From: the human T2T-CHM13v2.0 reference genome, Homo sapiens
Assembly: GCF_009914755.1 (NCBI RefSeq)
Contig: NC_060930.1
Length of the DNA: 64,000 nucleotides
Reading direction: 5' to 3' (one strand)
Both the position numbers and the translations under genes were made by a program. Below the pieces are notes generated by a model, which saw only the letters and a list, made by a program, of their open reading frames with translations, did not search any database and had not been told where the DNA came from. This document shows positions 1 through 13,184 of the stretch, one piece after another. Position 1 is the stretch's first letter; each line of letters starts with the position of its first letter.

Positions 1-845
1 TATGAAATTCTGGGTTGAAAATTCTTTTCTTTAAGAATGTTGAATATTGGCCCCCACTCTCTTCTGGCTTGTAGGGTTTCTGCCGAGAGATCCGCTGTTA
101 GTCTGATGGGCTTTCCTTTGAGGGTAACCCGACCTTTCTCTCTGGCTGCCCTTAACATTTTTTCCTTCATTTCAACTTTGGTGAATCTGACAATTATGTG
201 TCTTGGAGTTGCTCTTCTCGAGGAGTATCTTTGTGGCGTTCTCTGTATTTCCTGAATCTGAACGTTGGCCTGCCTTGCTAGATTGGGGAAGTTCTCCTGG
301 ATAATATCCTGCAGAGTGTTTTCCAACTTGGTTCCATTCTCCCCATCACTTTCAGGTACACCAATCAGACGTAGATTTGGTCTTTTCACATAGTCCCATA
401 TTTCTTGGAGGCTTTGCTCATTTCTTTTTATTCTTTTTTCTCTAAACTTCCCTTCTCACTTCATTTCATTCATTTCATCTTCCATTGCTGATACCCTTTC
501 TTCCAGTTGATTGCATCGGCTCCTGAGGCTTCTGCGTTCTTCACGTAGTTCTCGAGCCTTGGTTTTCAGCTCCATCAGCTCCTTTAAGCACTTCTCTGTA
601 TTGGTTATTCTAGTTATACATTCTTCTAAATTTTTTTCAAAGTTTTCAACTTCTTTGCCTTTGGTTTGAATGTCCTCCCGTAGCTCAGAGTAATTTGATC
701 GTCTGAAGCCTTCTTCTCTCAGCTCGTCAAAGTCATTGTCCATCCAGCTTTGTTCTGTTGCTGGTGAGTAACTGCGTTCCTTTGGAGGAGGAGAGGTGCT
801 CTGCGTTTTAGAGTTTCCAGTTTTTCTGTTCTGTTTTTTCCCCAT
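1..845 (-). pseudogene. ORF1: L1 ORF1p with premature stop at codon 130 (CGA>TGA)
   Basis: The 129-aa ORF 845..456 matches the ORF1p coiled coil and ends ...EMNEMK*. The consensus reads EMKREGKFREK, and ORF1 homology continues past the stop to position 1. Confidence 0.93.
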
Positions 846-1752
846 CTTTGTGGTTTTATCTACTTTTGGTCTTTGATGATGGTGATGTACAGATGGGTTT
901 TCGGTGTAGATGTCCTTTCTGGTTGTTAGTTTTCCTTCTAACAGACAGGACCCTCAGCTGCAGGTCTGTTGGAATACCCTGCCGTGTGAGGTGTCAGTGT
1001 GCCCCTGCTGGGGGTTGCCTCCCAGTTAGGCTGCTCGGGGGTCAGGGGTCAGGGACCCACTTGAGGAGGCAGTCTGCCCGTTCTCAGATCTCCAGCTGCG
1101 TGCTGGGAGAACCACTGCTCTCTTCAAAGCTGTCAGACAGGGACACTTAAGTCTGCAGAGGTTACTGCTGTCTTTTTGTTTGTCTGTGCCCTGCCCCCAG
1201 AGGTGGAGCCTATAGAGGCAGGCAGGCCTCCTTGAGCTGTGGTGGGCTCCACCCAGTTCGAGCTTCCCGGCTGCTTTGTTTACCTAAGCAAGCCTGGGCA
1301 ATGGCGGGCGCCCCTCCCCCAGCCTCGTTGCCGCCTTGCAGTTTGATCTCAGACTGCTGTGCTAGCAATCAGCGAGATTCCGTGGGCGTAGGACCCTCTG
1401 AGCCAGGTGTGGGATACAGTCTCGTGGTGCGCCGTTTCTTAAGCCGGTCTGAAAAGCGCAATATTCGGGTGGGAGTGACCCGATTTTCCAGGTGCGTCCG
1501 TCACCCCTTTCTTTGACTCGGAAAGGGAACTCCCTGACCCCTTGCGTTTCCCAGGTGAGGCAATGCCTCGCCCTGCTTCGGCTCGCGCACGGTGCGCGCA
1601 CACACTGGCCTGCGCCCACTGTCTGGCACTCCCTAGTGAGATGAACCCGGTACCTCAGATGGAAATGCAGAAATCACCCGTCTTCTGCGTCGCTCACGCT
1701 GGGAGCTGTAGACCGGAGCTGTTCCTATTCGGCCATCTTGGCTCCACTCTCC
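846..1752. promoter_or_regulatory. L1 5'UTR CpG island: sense promoter (minus), antisense promoter (plus), intact YY1 site
   Basis: CpG-dense; YY1 motif CAAGATGGCCG (reverse complement) at 1730-1740; SOX-type AAACAAA motifs near 1175 and 1275. The 5'UTR length fits the post-L1PA3 form lacking the 129-bp ZNF93 segment. Confidence 0.8.
1301..1516 (+). CDS. ORF0: L1 antisense ORF0, intact 71 aa (MAGAPPPASL...RCVRHPFL)
   Basis: ATG at 1301 in GCAATGG context, 71 codons, TGA ending at 1516. Splice donors CAG|GTGTGG after 1406 (+106) and CAG|GTGCGT after 1491 (+191). Confidence 0.85.
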   Translation: MAGAPPPASLPPCSLISDCCASNQRDSVGVGPSEPGVGYSLVVRRFLSRSEKRNIRVGVTRFSRCVRHPFL

Positions 1753-2569
1753 TTTATTTTTCTTAAGCTTTAGGTTTAAACATTCAAAATAGTATTGTTT
1801 TTCCTATTGAGAATGTCAAATTATAAGCCATAAATTCAAGGGATAATTTTGTATTGTTAATGTCAGAGAAATGCTTTTTGATTTTAGTTTGTTTAGTCTC
1901 AGTATGAGTTACTTTTGGGATACTTTAATATAATAATTCTGGCACAGAATCTACTACAGATTTCAGTGTTCTCTATTTTCATTTCACTCAATGTATTAAA
2001 CACAGATTAATTGAGGCTGAATTGCATGTAGTCTAAGATGCCAAATACTTGCATAGAAAGAATTCATATTGAGAATGAAAAGTAATTCTGCTAAGAAAAG
2101 AACTGTTAAAACAACGAGGAGTAATTACATATATTTTTTACTTTAAAATGCAGAAAAAAATATGTGCCAAAATTCTGTAACCATATTTTTTCAATTATAA
2201 AACCAATATAAACAAAAATACATGTCTGAATAGTATTGTGGCTCTTTACCCGTATGAAAGTGTTTAAACCATCAAGTGATAAAATTTAGGTGAAAAGACG
2301 TTATAAGTTAAAATTCTGTATAAATTAAGAATAGCTTTACTAGTAAATTTTAATATTGTACATATGTTGTCAGAAGTGATTAAGGTAATTACATACTCCA
2401 ATTATTTTCCTTTTTTTGCAAATATATCCACTATGTTTTTTGAATGAATCTATTTTTATTATAATTATGTCATATGTAAATAGGCTATAATATTTAAATT
2501 TTCCTTTTAATCATTACTGCACATATATATTGAAATTTACTGCAATTGTATGCAATTCTCATTTTTAGG

Positions 2570-3330
2570 CATAGATAATAAAGACAAGAATAAGGTAAAA
2601 TTTTGCCCTGAGTATACTTACATTTTAATGGGGAAAAGAACAGACATAAATGCATCTAATTTCAGGTATTGATAAATGTGTGAAACTAAGTGAAACAGTG
2701 TGAAGCATGAAGTATGATAATCGGAGGCAAAGAAAAGGTATCCAATTTCAGATAAGATGTTCCTGGGGAGGCTTGCTGAGAAAGTGAACTTTGAGCAGAT
2801 ATTGGAATGAAATATGATGGGAATTCAACAAATGAAGCTGAAAGAAATAGGAGATGGTGATGAAGGGTCAGAAAGGACTCAGATCATGTACACAATTTGG
2901 GATTTACTATACTTGCGATGGAAAGACATTGGCATCTTTTGAGCATGGGAATGGCAAGATATGATTTATATCTTGAAACTCTCATTTTGCAGCCTATTGT
3001 GGTTTGTTCAAGAAGAATTGACAGTGACTGGAAGTAGGATGATAGCAGCTGAAATGGGGAAAATATCCGGTTTTAGGATGCATATTGCTGGTAAAGTGAA
3101 GAGAACATGCAAGTACAAAGGAAAGAGTAGAATTGGGGTCACTCCCACCTTTAAAGGCTGAGCAATTTGGTGAGTGTTGGCATCATTTGATGAGAAGGAA
3201 AATGCTAGAAGACCAGCAGGTGGGAAAAATAAATAATTTGTTGTTAATCAGGGTATGTTATGTCCGAGATAATTATTAGCCTATTAAAATTACAGGTGCA
3301 AATGTGGGCAGGGCTAAAAATATAGACTTG
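2570..3330 (-). mobile_element. L2 fragment
   Basis: Degenerate L2 3' motifs in antisense (cttacattttaatggggaaaagaacagac; aaagtgaactttgagcagat). Confidence 0.6.
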
Positions 3331-3339
3331 GAACTCTGG

Positions 3340-3655
3340 CAGACACGTCTTCTCTGCCTGCCATGATTTCAGCTGCAGCTGCTGTGGACAGCACACTGCA
3401 AGCTCAGCCACACCTGGATTTTTATAAAGTTTATACAGGAACTTCTCCAATGCCATAGAAAGTCATTGAGTCCAGCATGAAAATACAGCTGGGAAGTACA
3501 GGGTGTCTAGTGCCCCTGAGGGTAAACTTCAACCAATGGGGTGAGGATGTGGCTAATGAGTGAATGCCCTAGCTTCCTATCCCCTCAGGTAGGTAATTCT
3601 GAAAGCCTTCTGAGGATATTTCTCTGGAGGCCCATCACAACTGAGCTCTGCTACC
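3340..3655 (-). mobile_element. LTR16-like ERVL LTR fragment
   Basis: aaccaatgggg...gtgaatgccctagcttcctatcccctcaggtaggtaattctga resembles the LTR16 family. Confidence 0.55.
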
Positions 3656-4104
3656 TGTGTTGCTTAATTTTATGTGTCAGCTTGGCTAGGTCACAGAACT
3701 CAGATATTTGGACAAACACTGGCCTAAAGTTGCTGTGAAGGTATTTGTTAAATGAAATTAACATTTAGATTGTAGCTTTGAAGTAAAGCCATTTATACTC
3801 CAGAATGTGGTGGGTGCTATCTAATAAGTTGAATGTTTTCAGAGAAAAAAAGACAAAGGTTCCTGATGAAAGTGGAATTATACCTCCAGATTGCCTTGGA
3901 AGTTGAGCTGCAACATCAACTTTTCCCTGAAGCTCCAGCCTGCTAGCCTACCAGCACATGCTGCAGATTTTGGACTTGCCAGCCCCCACAATTATGTGAG
4001 CCCATTCCTTAAAAATAAATTCAGTTCAATCTCTCTCTCTCTCTCTCTCTCTCCATACATACATCCTATTGGTTCTGTTTCTTTGGAGAACTCTGACTGA
4101 TACA
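3656..4104 (+). mobile_element. MLT2D-like ERVL LTR (5' LTR)
   Basis: TG...CA ends: tgtgttgcttaattttatgtgtcagcttggctagg ... ggagaactctgactgataca; internal (CT)n and AATAAA. Confidence 0.88.
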
Positions 4105-4420
4105 GATTTTGGTACCAAAAGTGGTTCTTAGGCTGCTCATTCATCCTGACAATGAAAAGTGGTTCTTAAAGAACAAAATCTTAAAAACCCATTTTCTAAA
4201 TTGGCTCTGGGGTTTCTGCAATTGGTTCCCTAGTCTAATTAGATTTAAAAGCATTAGTGTTGCATTTCCAGGAGTAAAAGGAACACTGATAATCCATGGC
4301 ATGATATGATGATAATAGAGATACTCAGAATATCACCATTGGATTCTTTTAATCAAATACTTAAAAGAGGCAAGGTTCTGGGTGACCTATGTAATACCTT
4401 CAAACATCTCTGTCAAGCTA
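4105..4420 (+). mobile_element. ERVL internal 5' fragment with tRNA-Leu primer-binding site
   Basis: gattttggtaccaaaagtggttct directly follows the LTR, the typical HERVL leader start. Confidence 0.8.
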
Positions 4421-4429
4421 ATCTTAGAG

Positions 4430-4560
4430 TTTTCATTTCACACGTGAACTGGGAATAATTACTTTTACCCCAAAAAGAGTTGTATTGAAGAAAAAATGAG
4501 CTAACCCTTTTGGAATATCTGGCACATGGTATGCACTTACTAAACTGTCATGTTATCAAG
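4430..4560 (+). mobile_element. MIR fragment
   Basis: Degenerate MIR core and tail (gagttgtattgaagaaaaaatgag...tctggcacatggtatgcact). Confidence 0.5.
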
Positions 4561-4609
4561 GTTGACACTACGGCTTTGTTATTGATTATAAATGGTTATT
4601 TATTGTTAT

Positions 4610-4900
4610 CAATTAGGTAACATTTGTTGAATGTTTATTTATTAAATTAAATAAATTAAATATTTAAGTGTTCCAAGAACTATTCTTGTTATGGCAGTTT
4701 AGTAGTGAGATGTACCTGTAATATTCATCTACTCTGTTCTCTTAGAGCTTACCTTCTGTGTTGGAAGAAAGATTGAACAAAACTTAAAAGCACTGTATAT
4801 ATATTAAGGTAGAGCAATATCAAAGGTATTTCTGGTGAGAGAAAATAATAGACCTGTCCTAGTTGGAATGGAGGAAATCTATTAGGATGTGATGAATAGG
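4610..4900 (-). mobile_element. L2 3' fragment
   Basis: gagcttaccttctgtgttggaagaaaga-type L2 antisense motif. Confidence 0.45.
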
Positions 4901-5167
4901 AAAACAGTAGAGGAGTGGTTGAATATTCACTAAAGCCAGAAGAGTGAAATCCTGAGTTTATCAGAATGTTAGTCCTTGAGAGAGATTTAGGTAAGTGATT
5001 AACTTGTCACCCTTTAAGACTTTACAGGATGCCAAGGTTTTGTGACCATCTCTCAGGATCTTGAAATCTGGAAATATTTTGACTAAGTCTATTCAGTTCT
5101 CAGGATATAGACTCATGTTTCTTTGTTCCTTAAAATAGAAACTCAGTGTAGTACATTTTGAAAACAG

Positions 5168-5656
<489 letters not shown>

Positions 5657-7340
5657 TAGCATTTAATACTAGGTTTGAATAATTATGAGTTAGCACTATT
5701 TCAATAATTTTATATATTGTATAGTTCACTATGCTTAAATATGACATTACATCAGTTCAGGTTAACACACAAAAAAATTCAATAATCTAATAGAAATGAA
5801 CCAATAGCACCAAGTCTTTGCACGAGATTTTAGGTTTATTCGCTCAACCCCAATATTTTAATCTATTACTTTTATGACAAAATAAATAAAAAGAACCATC
5901 ATATAATCATTTAAATTAAAGAAAGAGAAAGAAATCTAAAATTAAAACATTTATTTTAACCATACGGCATTCTAAATAAAATGACATTGAATGAATTGAA
6001 AACCCTCTCCAAAAACGTGAGGAAAAGAAAGAAAAATAAAAGTAGGAGTAAGTGTTGGGTAATGGGACAGATCACTTTATTGAACTTGAAGCAAAAGGGT
6101 AACTGATTACTGTATCAAATAATTTTAATCTTTGTCACAAACTGTAACATGAGGAACCAAAGCAATCTCCAGCATCAGCCGTCATATGCACTTGACTTTC
6201 CAATCACTACATTAGCATATTTTACATTTACTTGATAGAAAATTTTGCATTTCTTTTATCAAGGGACCTTTGCATTTTTTCAATAAGGCAGAAATTATTA
6301 TGAAAATTGAATTTCACTACTCTCTTGTGAACTAGACTTTTTATTTGCATCAGAGGAAAATTTTTGATTACCAGGAAATATTGGGATCCTTATTTCTTCA
6401 TTTCATATTTTGTCCTAGGAAGTGCATCAGCCTACTTTTTTTACTGCATTCTTATTTGAAATTTGTAACACCAAAGCAACAAATGTTCTCTTAGAGTTTA
6501 GTTTCTCTGTAATCCAGTGACTCTCCGTCACCTCAGGCATTCAGAGAATACAGAGCATGAGGCACCAGGAGCTGCATTGTGGAGCTTTTAAATACACTGT
6601 CAAATCTTCACATTTGAGTCCACGTGAGCAGCCCAGTTGTGGCCTTCTTAAGCAATAATGGGAAAAATTACTAGTATTGTTCCCAAATACTCAGCAATTT
6701 ACTAAGCACTGCTTTCATTCATGTAAAATTGTCAAGTCTAGTGACTGACATTACTTTGCTACTAAAATTTTCATGTTATTACACATTCATTGACTATATG
6801 GATTAGAAAATAAAAAATAAATCAATAAAATTTTTAAATATAGACAGCCTATTTCAAAAAATAAAAATCAATTCTTTGGTGGAGAGTGGCAATGAAGCAG
6901 GCTTGTTTTCAACAGTAAGCTCGATATTAATATTAGAGCAATTGATTTTTTAAATAAATACACTGTCAAAAATTTAGAATAAGCAATAATTTTTTGTTAT
7001 TTTGAAAATTCATAAAAAAATCACAGAAAATATTCATTTGTTCATAATGTAACTGAAGTAAATAATAAAGCACTAAAAAGGCTGCCAACCTACTTTTAGT
7101 AGGAATTACATTTGAAAATAAATATCAAATAGTTCTCTGAATGAACACATTTGTAACTGTTTACAGTATTTCTAAGAAACTAATGCCATTTAATTATAAG
7201 TTTCTATTTAAAAAAATGTTTATTAATGTGATAATGTGTTTCATAATTTAAAAAACACATAACCTTAAACATATTTCCATTTAAGAAGTGGAAAATTCAT
7301 AAGTACATACACTATTATTTCTACAGAAAGATATACTTTT

Positions 7341-7761
<421 letters not shown>

Positions 7762-7898
7762 TAAAATATTCATGGCAACAAGTGCTAAAGCATTAAGTAG
7801 AAAAATAATTTACTATCAAAAAAATCAATCCAGTTTACAAAATATTGAGAATATAGTTAAAATAAGCAGAATATTAGAATAGTTTAAAGAAACATTCC

Positions 7899-8222
7899 AG
7901 CCAGGTGCAGTAGCTCACACCTGTAATCCCAGCACTTTGGGAGAGTGAGGTGGCTGGATAGCTTCAGCCTAGAAGTTTAAAACCAACCTGAGCAACATGG
8001 TAAAACCTCGTCTCTCAAAAATAAATAAATAAATAAATAATAACTGGGAGTGTGCCTGTAGTCCCAGTTACTTGGGAGGCTGAGGTGAGAGGACTGCTTG
8101 AGTCTGGACAGGTCGAGGCTACAGGGAGCCATGATCACACAACTGCACTCCAGCCTGGGAGACAGAGTGAGATCCTGTCTAAAAATAAAATAAAACAAAG
8201 AAAAAGAAACAGAAAAGAAAAA
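7899..8222 (+). mobile_element. AluJ-like
   Basis: J-type features (gcttcagcctagaag, gtcgaggctacag); degenerate TSD aaagaaacattcc / aaagaaaaattct. Confidence 0.93.
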
Positions 8223-8818
8223 AAAGAAAAATTCTAATTATTTGTAGCTCATGTTCCAGTATTCTCTTTTCTTCAAGACTAACACATTTGAAAAGAGCTC
8301 AACATTAAAAATAAAAGTATCATAAAAAAAGGCTCAGAAATTACCCCTATGATTTAGGAAAGATGTTAGAAACATTTTACATAATAAAGTATTCAAAAAA
8401 TATTAATAAAAATAACTCAATGCTCCTATCATTGATCTCAGCATTAACTGAGCCAGGATATATGTGTCTAATGCAAGTCAGTCAAATCACTACTTGTCAT
8501 TACAAAATAGGTCAATTATTCAAAATTAGTAGTATATGAATTATGTTTTTATATAAATTCCCTCGAGTTGACATTTAGTCTCAATGATATGCAAACATAC
8601 ACACAAATACACATGCACACATGAACATACATGCACAAATTTATTAACTTAACCAAAGACAGTATATATGTGTATGGGCATGTGCTTGTGTCTTTGTGTA
8701 TACATAAATATATTACATTTTCATTTTTTAATTAATTTTGGCACGTCAAAGAAGCTCATGACCAAGAAAGATCCATAAATAAAATGAAGAAATTAGGGGT
8801 GATTTCCTCAAATCTCAC

Positions 8819-9322
8819 TGAAGAGTGGCAGAATATGCCACTTTGGCATAAAGATTATTTTGAGCTAAAGGCACTTGAAAAACAGCAGGTATAAGAATGG
8901 CATTCTAATTACCCCTTTCGCTTGAAAAGAGGAGATACAAAATCCCACGTGAAAGATGCCTTACCTATGCCAAGGAAAAAAGAAATATTCTTCGAGGAGG
9001 AGTCTTAGCCAAGATAATTCCATAAAAACAGACTGTTAAAATAATTCCTATGCTCCTTTAGCCTCCTCTATAGGTTATACTTTAGTAAGTATAGTTACTT
9101 ACTTTTCCACAGTTGCCTCTCTTTGTTTAAACTAATATAAAAGCATTTAGGTTTTACCACTTTTGGGGGGCATTTCCTTTTGAGAGCTCCATGTCATATA
9201 AAACTGTATTGAATACAGTTACTTGCGTGTTTTTCTCCTGTTAATCTACCTTGTGCCAAATTACTTCACAGGCCCAGTCAGAGATCCTAAGAGAGTTAGA
9301 AGTAAATTTTCACTTCCCCTAA
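8819..9322 (+). mobile_element. MER34-family ERV1 solo LTR
   Basis: Starts tgaagagtggcagaatatgccactttggcataaagattattttgagct; TATA-like AATATAAAAG at ~9134; ends ...ttcccct. Confidence 0.8.
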
Positions 9323-9749
9323 TCCATAATATATTGTTTTTGATGAAAATAGCAAGAGAAAGAGGATAGTAACACATGGAGATACTTTCATCTGCGTGTA
9401 AAACTCTCTACCCTTCTCTTGTAACTCCCTTAAGAAATGTAACTTTTGCACCACTTTCTAAAGCACAACTTTAATTGTAATGGTGTCTTTCAAGAGTGTA
9501 TCTTTTGTTCCTAAAAAGATCTCTATACAAGTTAAACTTAACTCAATATTACACACACTTACAAACATACACATATGAATACACATTTGTTGTGAGAAAG
9601 CTGAAAAATGTTATGCACGATATAATTTTCCCAACCTCCTGTTTGTCATCCTCCAAATCTAACTTCGAACAGACTTGGTTGAACAAATGCATGTTTTACT
9701 ACATAGGGAGCTAAACACAGAAAAAGAAATTTATGGTATCCAGGTATGG

Positions 9750-9925
9750 TGGAAATTGGATGATTAATATTTTGAGGGTGTAAAGCTTATGCAATTAGGG
9801 AATATTTTCTTTACAAAAAATAATTCAAAATTACTAATTCAAACCCACATACAAGGCCTTGAAAAGAGCCTGTATAATCAGTGGCTGTAAAGCTAGATAC
9901 TCAGTAAATTCATGACCAAGCTACT
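9750..9925. mobile_element. MER53-like hAT DNA-transposon relic
   Basis: aagcttatgcaattaggg...caaaattactaattcaaa...caaggccttgaaaagagcctg resembles MER53. Confidence 0.5.
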
Positions 9926-12900
9926 TGGATGGTATCTTATACTCTACTCAGTATCTGATACGGTATTATCATTTGCCATATCCTTATGTTGACTCTCCAT
10001 AGCTATTGTCTTCATGATGTATCACAATAATATTAATAATCAGAGATTATTCCTGACTTTCCTACTTCAGTGCCTCAATTGAGCACATGCACCCATCCCT
10101 CCACAATGAAGGAATCTGGAGGTGTTTATAGTGATACAGAGTAGCCACTCAATATTTGGAACTCTAGACAAAACCTAGGTTCATTAAGAGATTTGGCACA
10201 TTTTTACTACTATAAGATACTTCTGAACTGTGACCCAAAGAATATTTTATAAATATAATTAAGTTAGAACAGTAGGGTTTTGTTTTGCTTTTTCAATCTC
10301 CAAGTATATGTCCTAGTCTGTTCTCAGTACTCTTTAAATTGCTCTTGATTTTCACCATGCTTTATATTTACTGTTCTTAGAAATTTTACTAAAAATATAA
10401 TCTCTTAATGTTCATTCTCATTGATTTTTGAGGTCAAAAATGGAAATAATGATTTTCAGTATTTTTAAGGTTGTCAAATCTTCACACAGCCATTCACCAA
10501 ATGATTGTAAGTTTGAAATACACTATCTGAAACAAATGCCTTCTACTATGTAAGAATAGGTCTATGGGATATATTTATTAAAGTTTGAATGCAGATTAAA
10601 CTCTGCAAGGTTAAATGACAAGGTTAAGTGTCTAATTTTGCAGTCTTTTTATACCTGGTGAGTGCAAAGGCTTCCTAATGATAGGATTAAATATGGTTCC
10701 TAGCTACAAACAGTTGCTTGTCGTTCCCTATAGGTTAGCCTCTATATTCTGTACTTATCACAAACAGAGAGGAAATAACTTTCTGGGTCTTTTGTGAGTC
10801 TTTTTAAAATACACAGACTTTAGGGAAATCATATTTTCTTGAAGGAAATGAGGCATGACCAATCACACAAAACGTGAGAAAATCCCTTGATAGATGACCT
10901 TTGCCACATGTAGAAGAAACTGTTCAGTGGCTGAGGTTTCATGGATTTCATGCATGGAAATCAGATTTTCTGGCCACCAGTGCTGTTCAGTAAATAAATA
11001 ATCCATCATTGTGTCAAACAGTTGAAACATGGAGATCCTGCCCTTGCTATCTGAATAGACATTTCGAGTTAGTAAGTTATGTAAACTGTTTGCATGTCAG
11101 CAGCTGTGTGAGCACTGTTCTACTTTTCACTATGTAAAAGAAAACCACCTCACTTTGGTCATGTTAACCTAATGGTGAGAGCATTCATTTGATTCTGCCT
11201 CCACTGATGAACTTTCTGGTGCATGAAGGAATTAAGATGAGAGTTCCCACATGGATTCTGTGGTATGTCAGGGCATTGTGCTAAATCATTAGTAGTCAGT
11301 TCCAATGATAATTTTAAATACACCTACATTTTCTTTCCTTAAAACCAATAATAGCAGCTTTCTTAAAATATGTTGTCATGATTTTCTCTAAATTCTGTCT
11401 TAATATTTACATTTTAGTACATTTTTGGTGTTACTAGAATAAATCTGATTAAAATGATAGTCCTTGACATCTAGTGATTATTTTAATCTTCATTTAGCAA
11501 GTCACATGTACTTGAGGTTGTATGTTCCATTTATTTTAAAAGATTTAACTAGCTTTCATCCTTATTATATTTTATTTCTATGTCATTTTATAATTTATCC
11601 ATCATTATCAGCAAAATGTCAGACATGCACACACACATGCACACACAACTGACTTAGTTCAGCTCCGCTTCCCACTAATGGGTCCATTTTAGGTTTCCAT
11701 TTGGGCTCTATTTCCCCTAAATAAGAAGGAATATTCAAGTATTTCAACTATGTTGCTGGCATTAAAAGCAAAAACATAGTTGAAACATAGTTATGTTGCT
11801 TTCCAGCTAACACCTACATACACTTTTGATATTTAAAATACTTTCTTGCTGAAATGTCAGGCTCCTCCTGCCACAACAAAGAGCTTCTCTTATCTCCTAG
11901 GTTTCACAAATAGCACCTCACTTACAATAGACCTTTTTGCTCTTCCAGAATACAGTGGACACTATTTTGCTTTAGAGCACAAGAAATAATCATTTCATTT
12001 CATTCTGCCTAGCATTTAGAGAAAACCCTTCTGAAATTAGTCTGCAAAGTGGGTATAAAATATGTATAAAATTCTAAAAAAGGGAAAAAGGGGAAAAAAT
12101 TAGGAAAACATGTTTTCATTTCAAGTGATTTAGTCAACAGTTACGATGTTTTACCAAAAATGGTTATACTATAATTATGCCATAATTTAATTTGATTTTT
12201 AAAGAAATTTATCTTTAGAAATATTTTCAGATTTATCTTTTAAATGTTAGTCAAAATAACACCTTAACTTTATTTTGTTATGACAGATTGTTTTGTTTTT
12301 TATTAGATACCTACTGAAACCCTATAGTCCTTAGAGATTTTTGGTTTCAGAGCTGATTTACTAAAAAAAAAAAAGGACCAAGGGAGTATGAGATTATTTA
12401 ATTTATTAAGTAAATTAGTAGAAAAACCAAAGTTGATTTTCAATAATTTATAAGCAAGGAAAAAGGAGAATGAAAAAGTCTATATCCATGTTCTTGTTTA
12501 CATTTCAAAACAAATTAGTCATAAGATAATTGTTTCCAAATTTGTAAAGTAAAACAACAACCAAGGAAAAATCAAAATTTTCAAGAGTTTATAAGAAAAT
12601 TGGCAGTTCAGGACAGATATTCATCTCTAACCTCAGTTTTGTTCAGCATTGAAAAGAAACATATGTTTGTGAAATCACCTTATTGGAATTACGATTTACT
12701 TTTATTTATCATCAATTTGTCACAGAAAGAGTTTATGTCCAGGAATCAGAAATAAATTGATAATACGCAAGGATTTGCCTCAATAAGCATCTATTACTAC
12801 CAGGCTAATCCAGGCTGAATATTCCACTTTAGCACATTCCTCAATTTACTTCTCTAAATTAAAATAATATTGTTTATATTTATAGTAAACTACATCTTAG

Positions 12901-13184
12901 AGCTTTTAATGAATTTTTTTCTTTCATTTTTATTGAACAATTATTCCATGTTAAGTGTTCAAAAATGAAAAAAATCTAAAAGGAAAAGAAAAATGTAACT
13001 ACTGTTAACAACATCGTCAATGTGGCACATACGCTTTGATGTTTCAATGCTTATAATTAAACATTTATAAAAAGAGGAGAAGAAAGCAGTACCAGTTTAT
13101 GCATACTATTCTGTCGTATTTTTTTCCACTTAATAATATATTGTGAACATCTTACCATGTCTGCAGATATAAATGTATGATGTA

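Larger units (their letters stand above)
1..1752 (-). mobile_element. Young full-length-type LINE-1 (L1HS non-Ta1 / young L1PA2): 5'UTR plus 5' part of ORF1, continuing off the left edge of the window
   Basis: The reverse complement starts GGAGAGTGGAGCCAAGATGGCCGAATAGGAACAGCTCC. The ~907-nt CpG-rich 5'UTR leads to ORF1 MGKKQNRKTGNSKTQ at 845. It has L1HS-like GCCAGTGTGT and KTQ, but lacks the Ta-1 diagnostics as I recall them (retains GACGGGTGATT and GACCCCTGACCCC). Confidence 0.97.

Noticed and set aside
848-1766. ORFs 848..1150, 1362..1619 and 1542..1766, and the TTG extension of ORF0 from 1232
   Set aside because: Alternative frames of the L1 5'UTR with non-ATG or incidental starts; only the ATG-1301 ORF0 is a recognised product.
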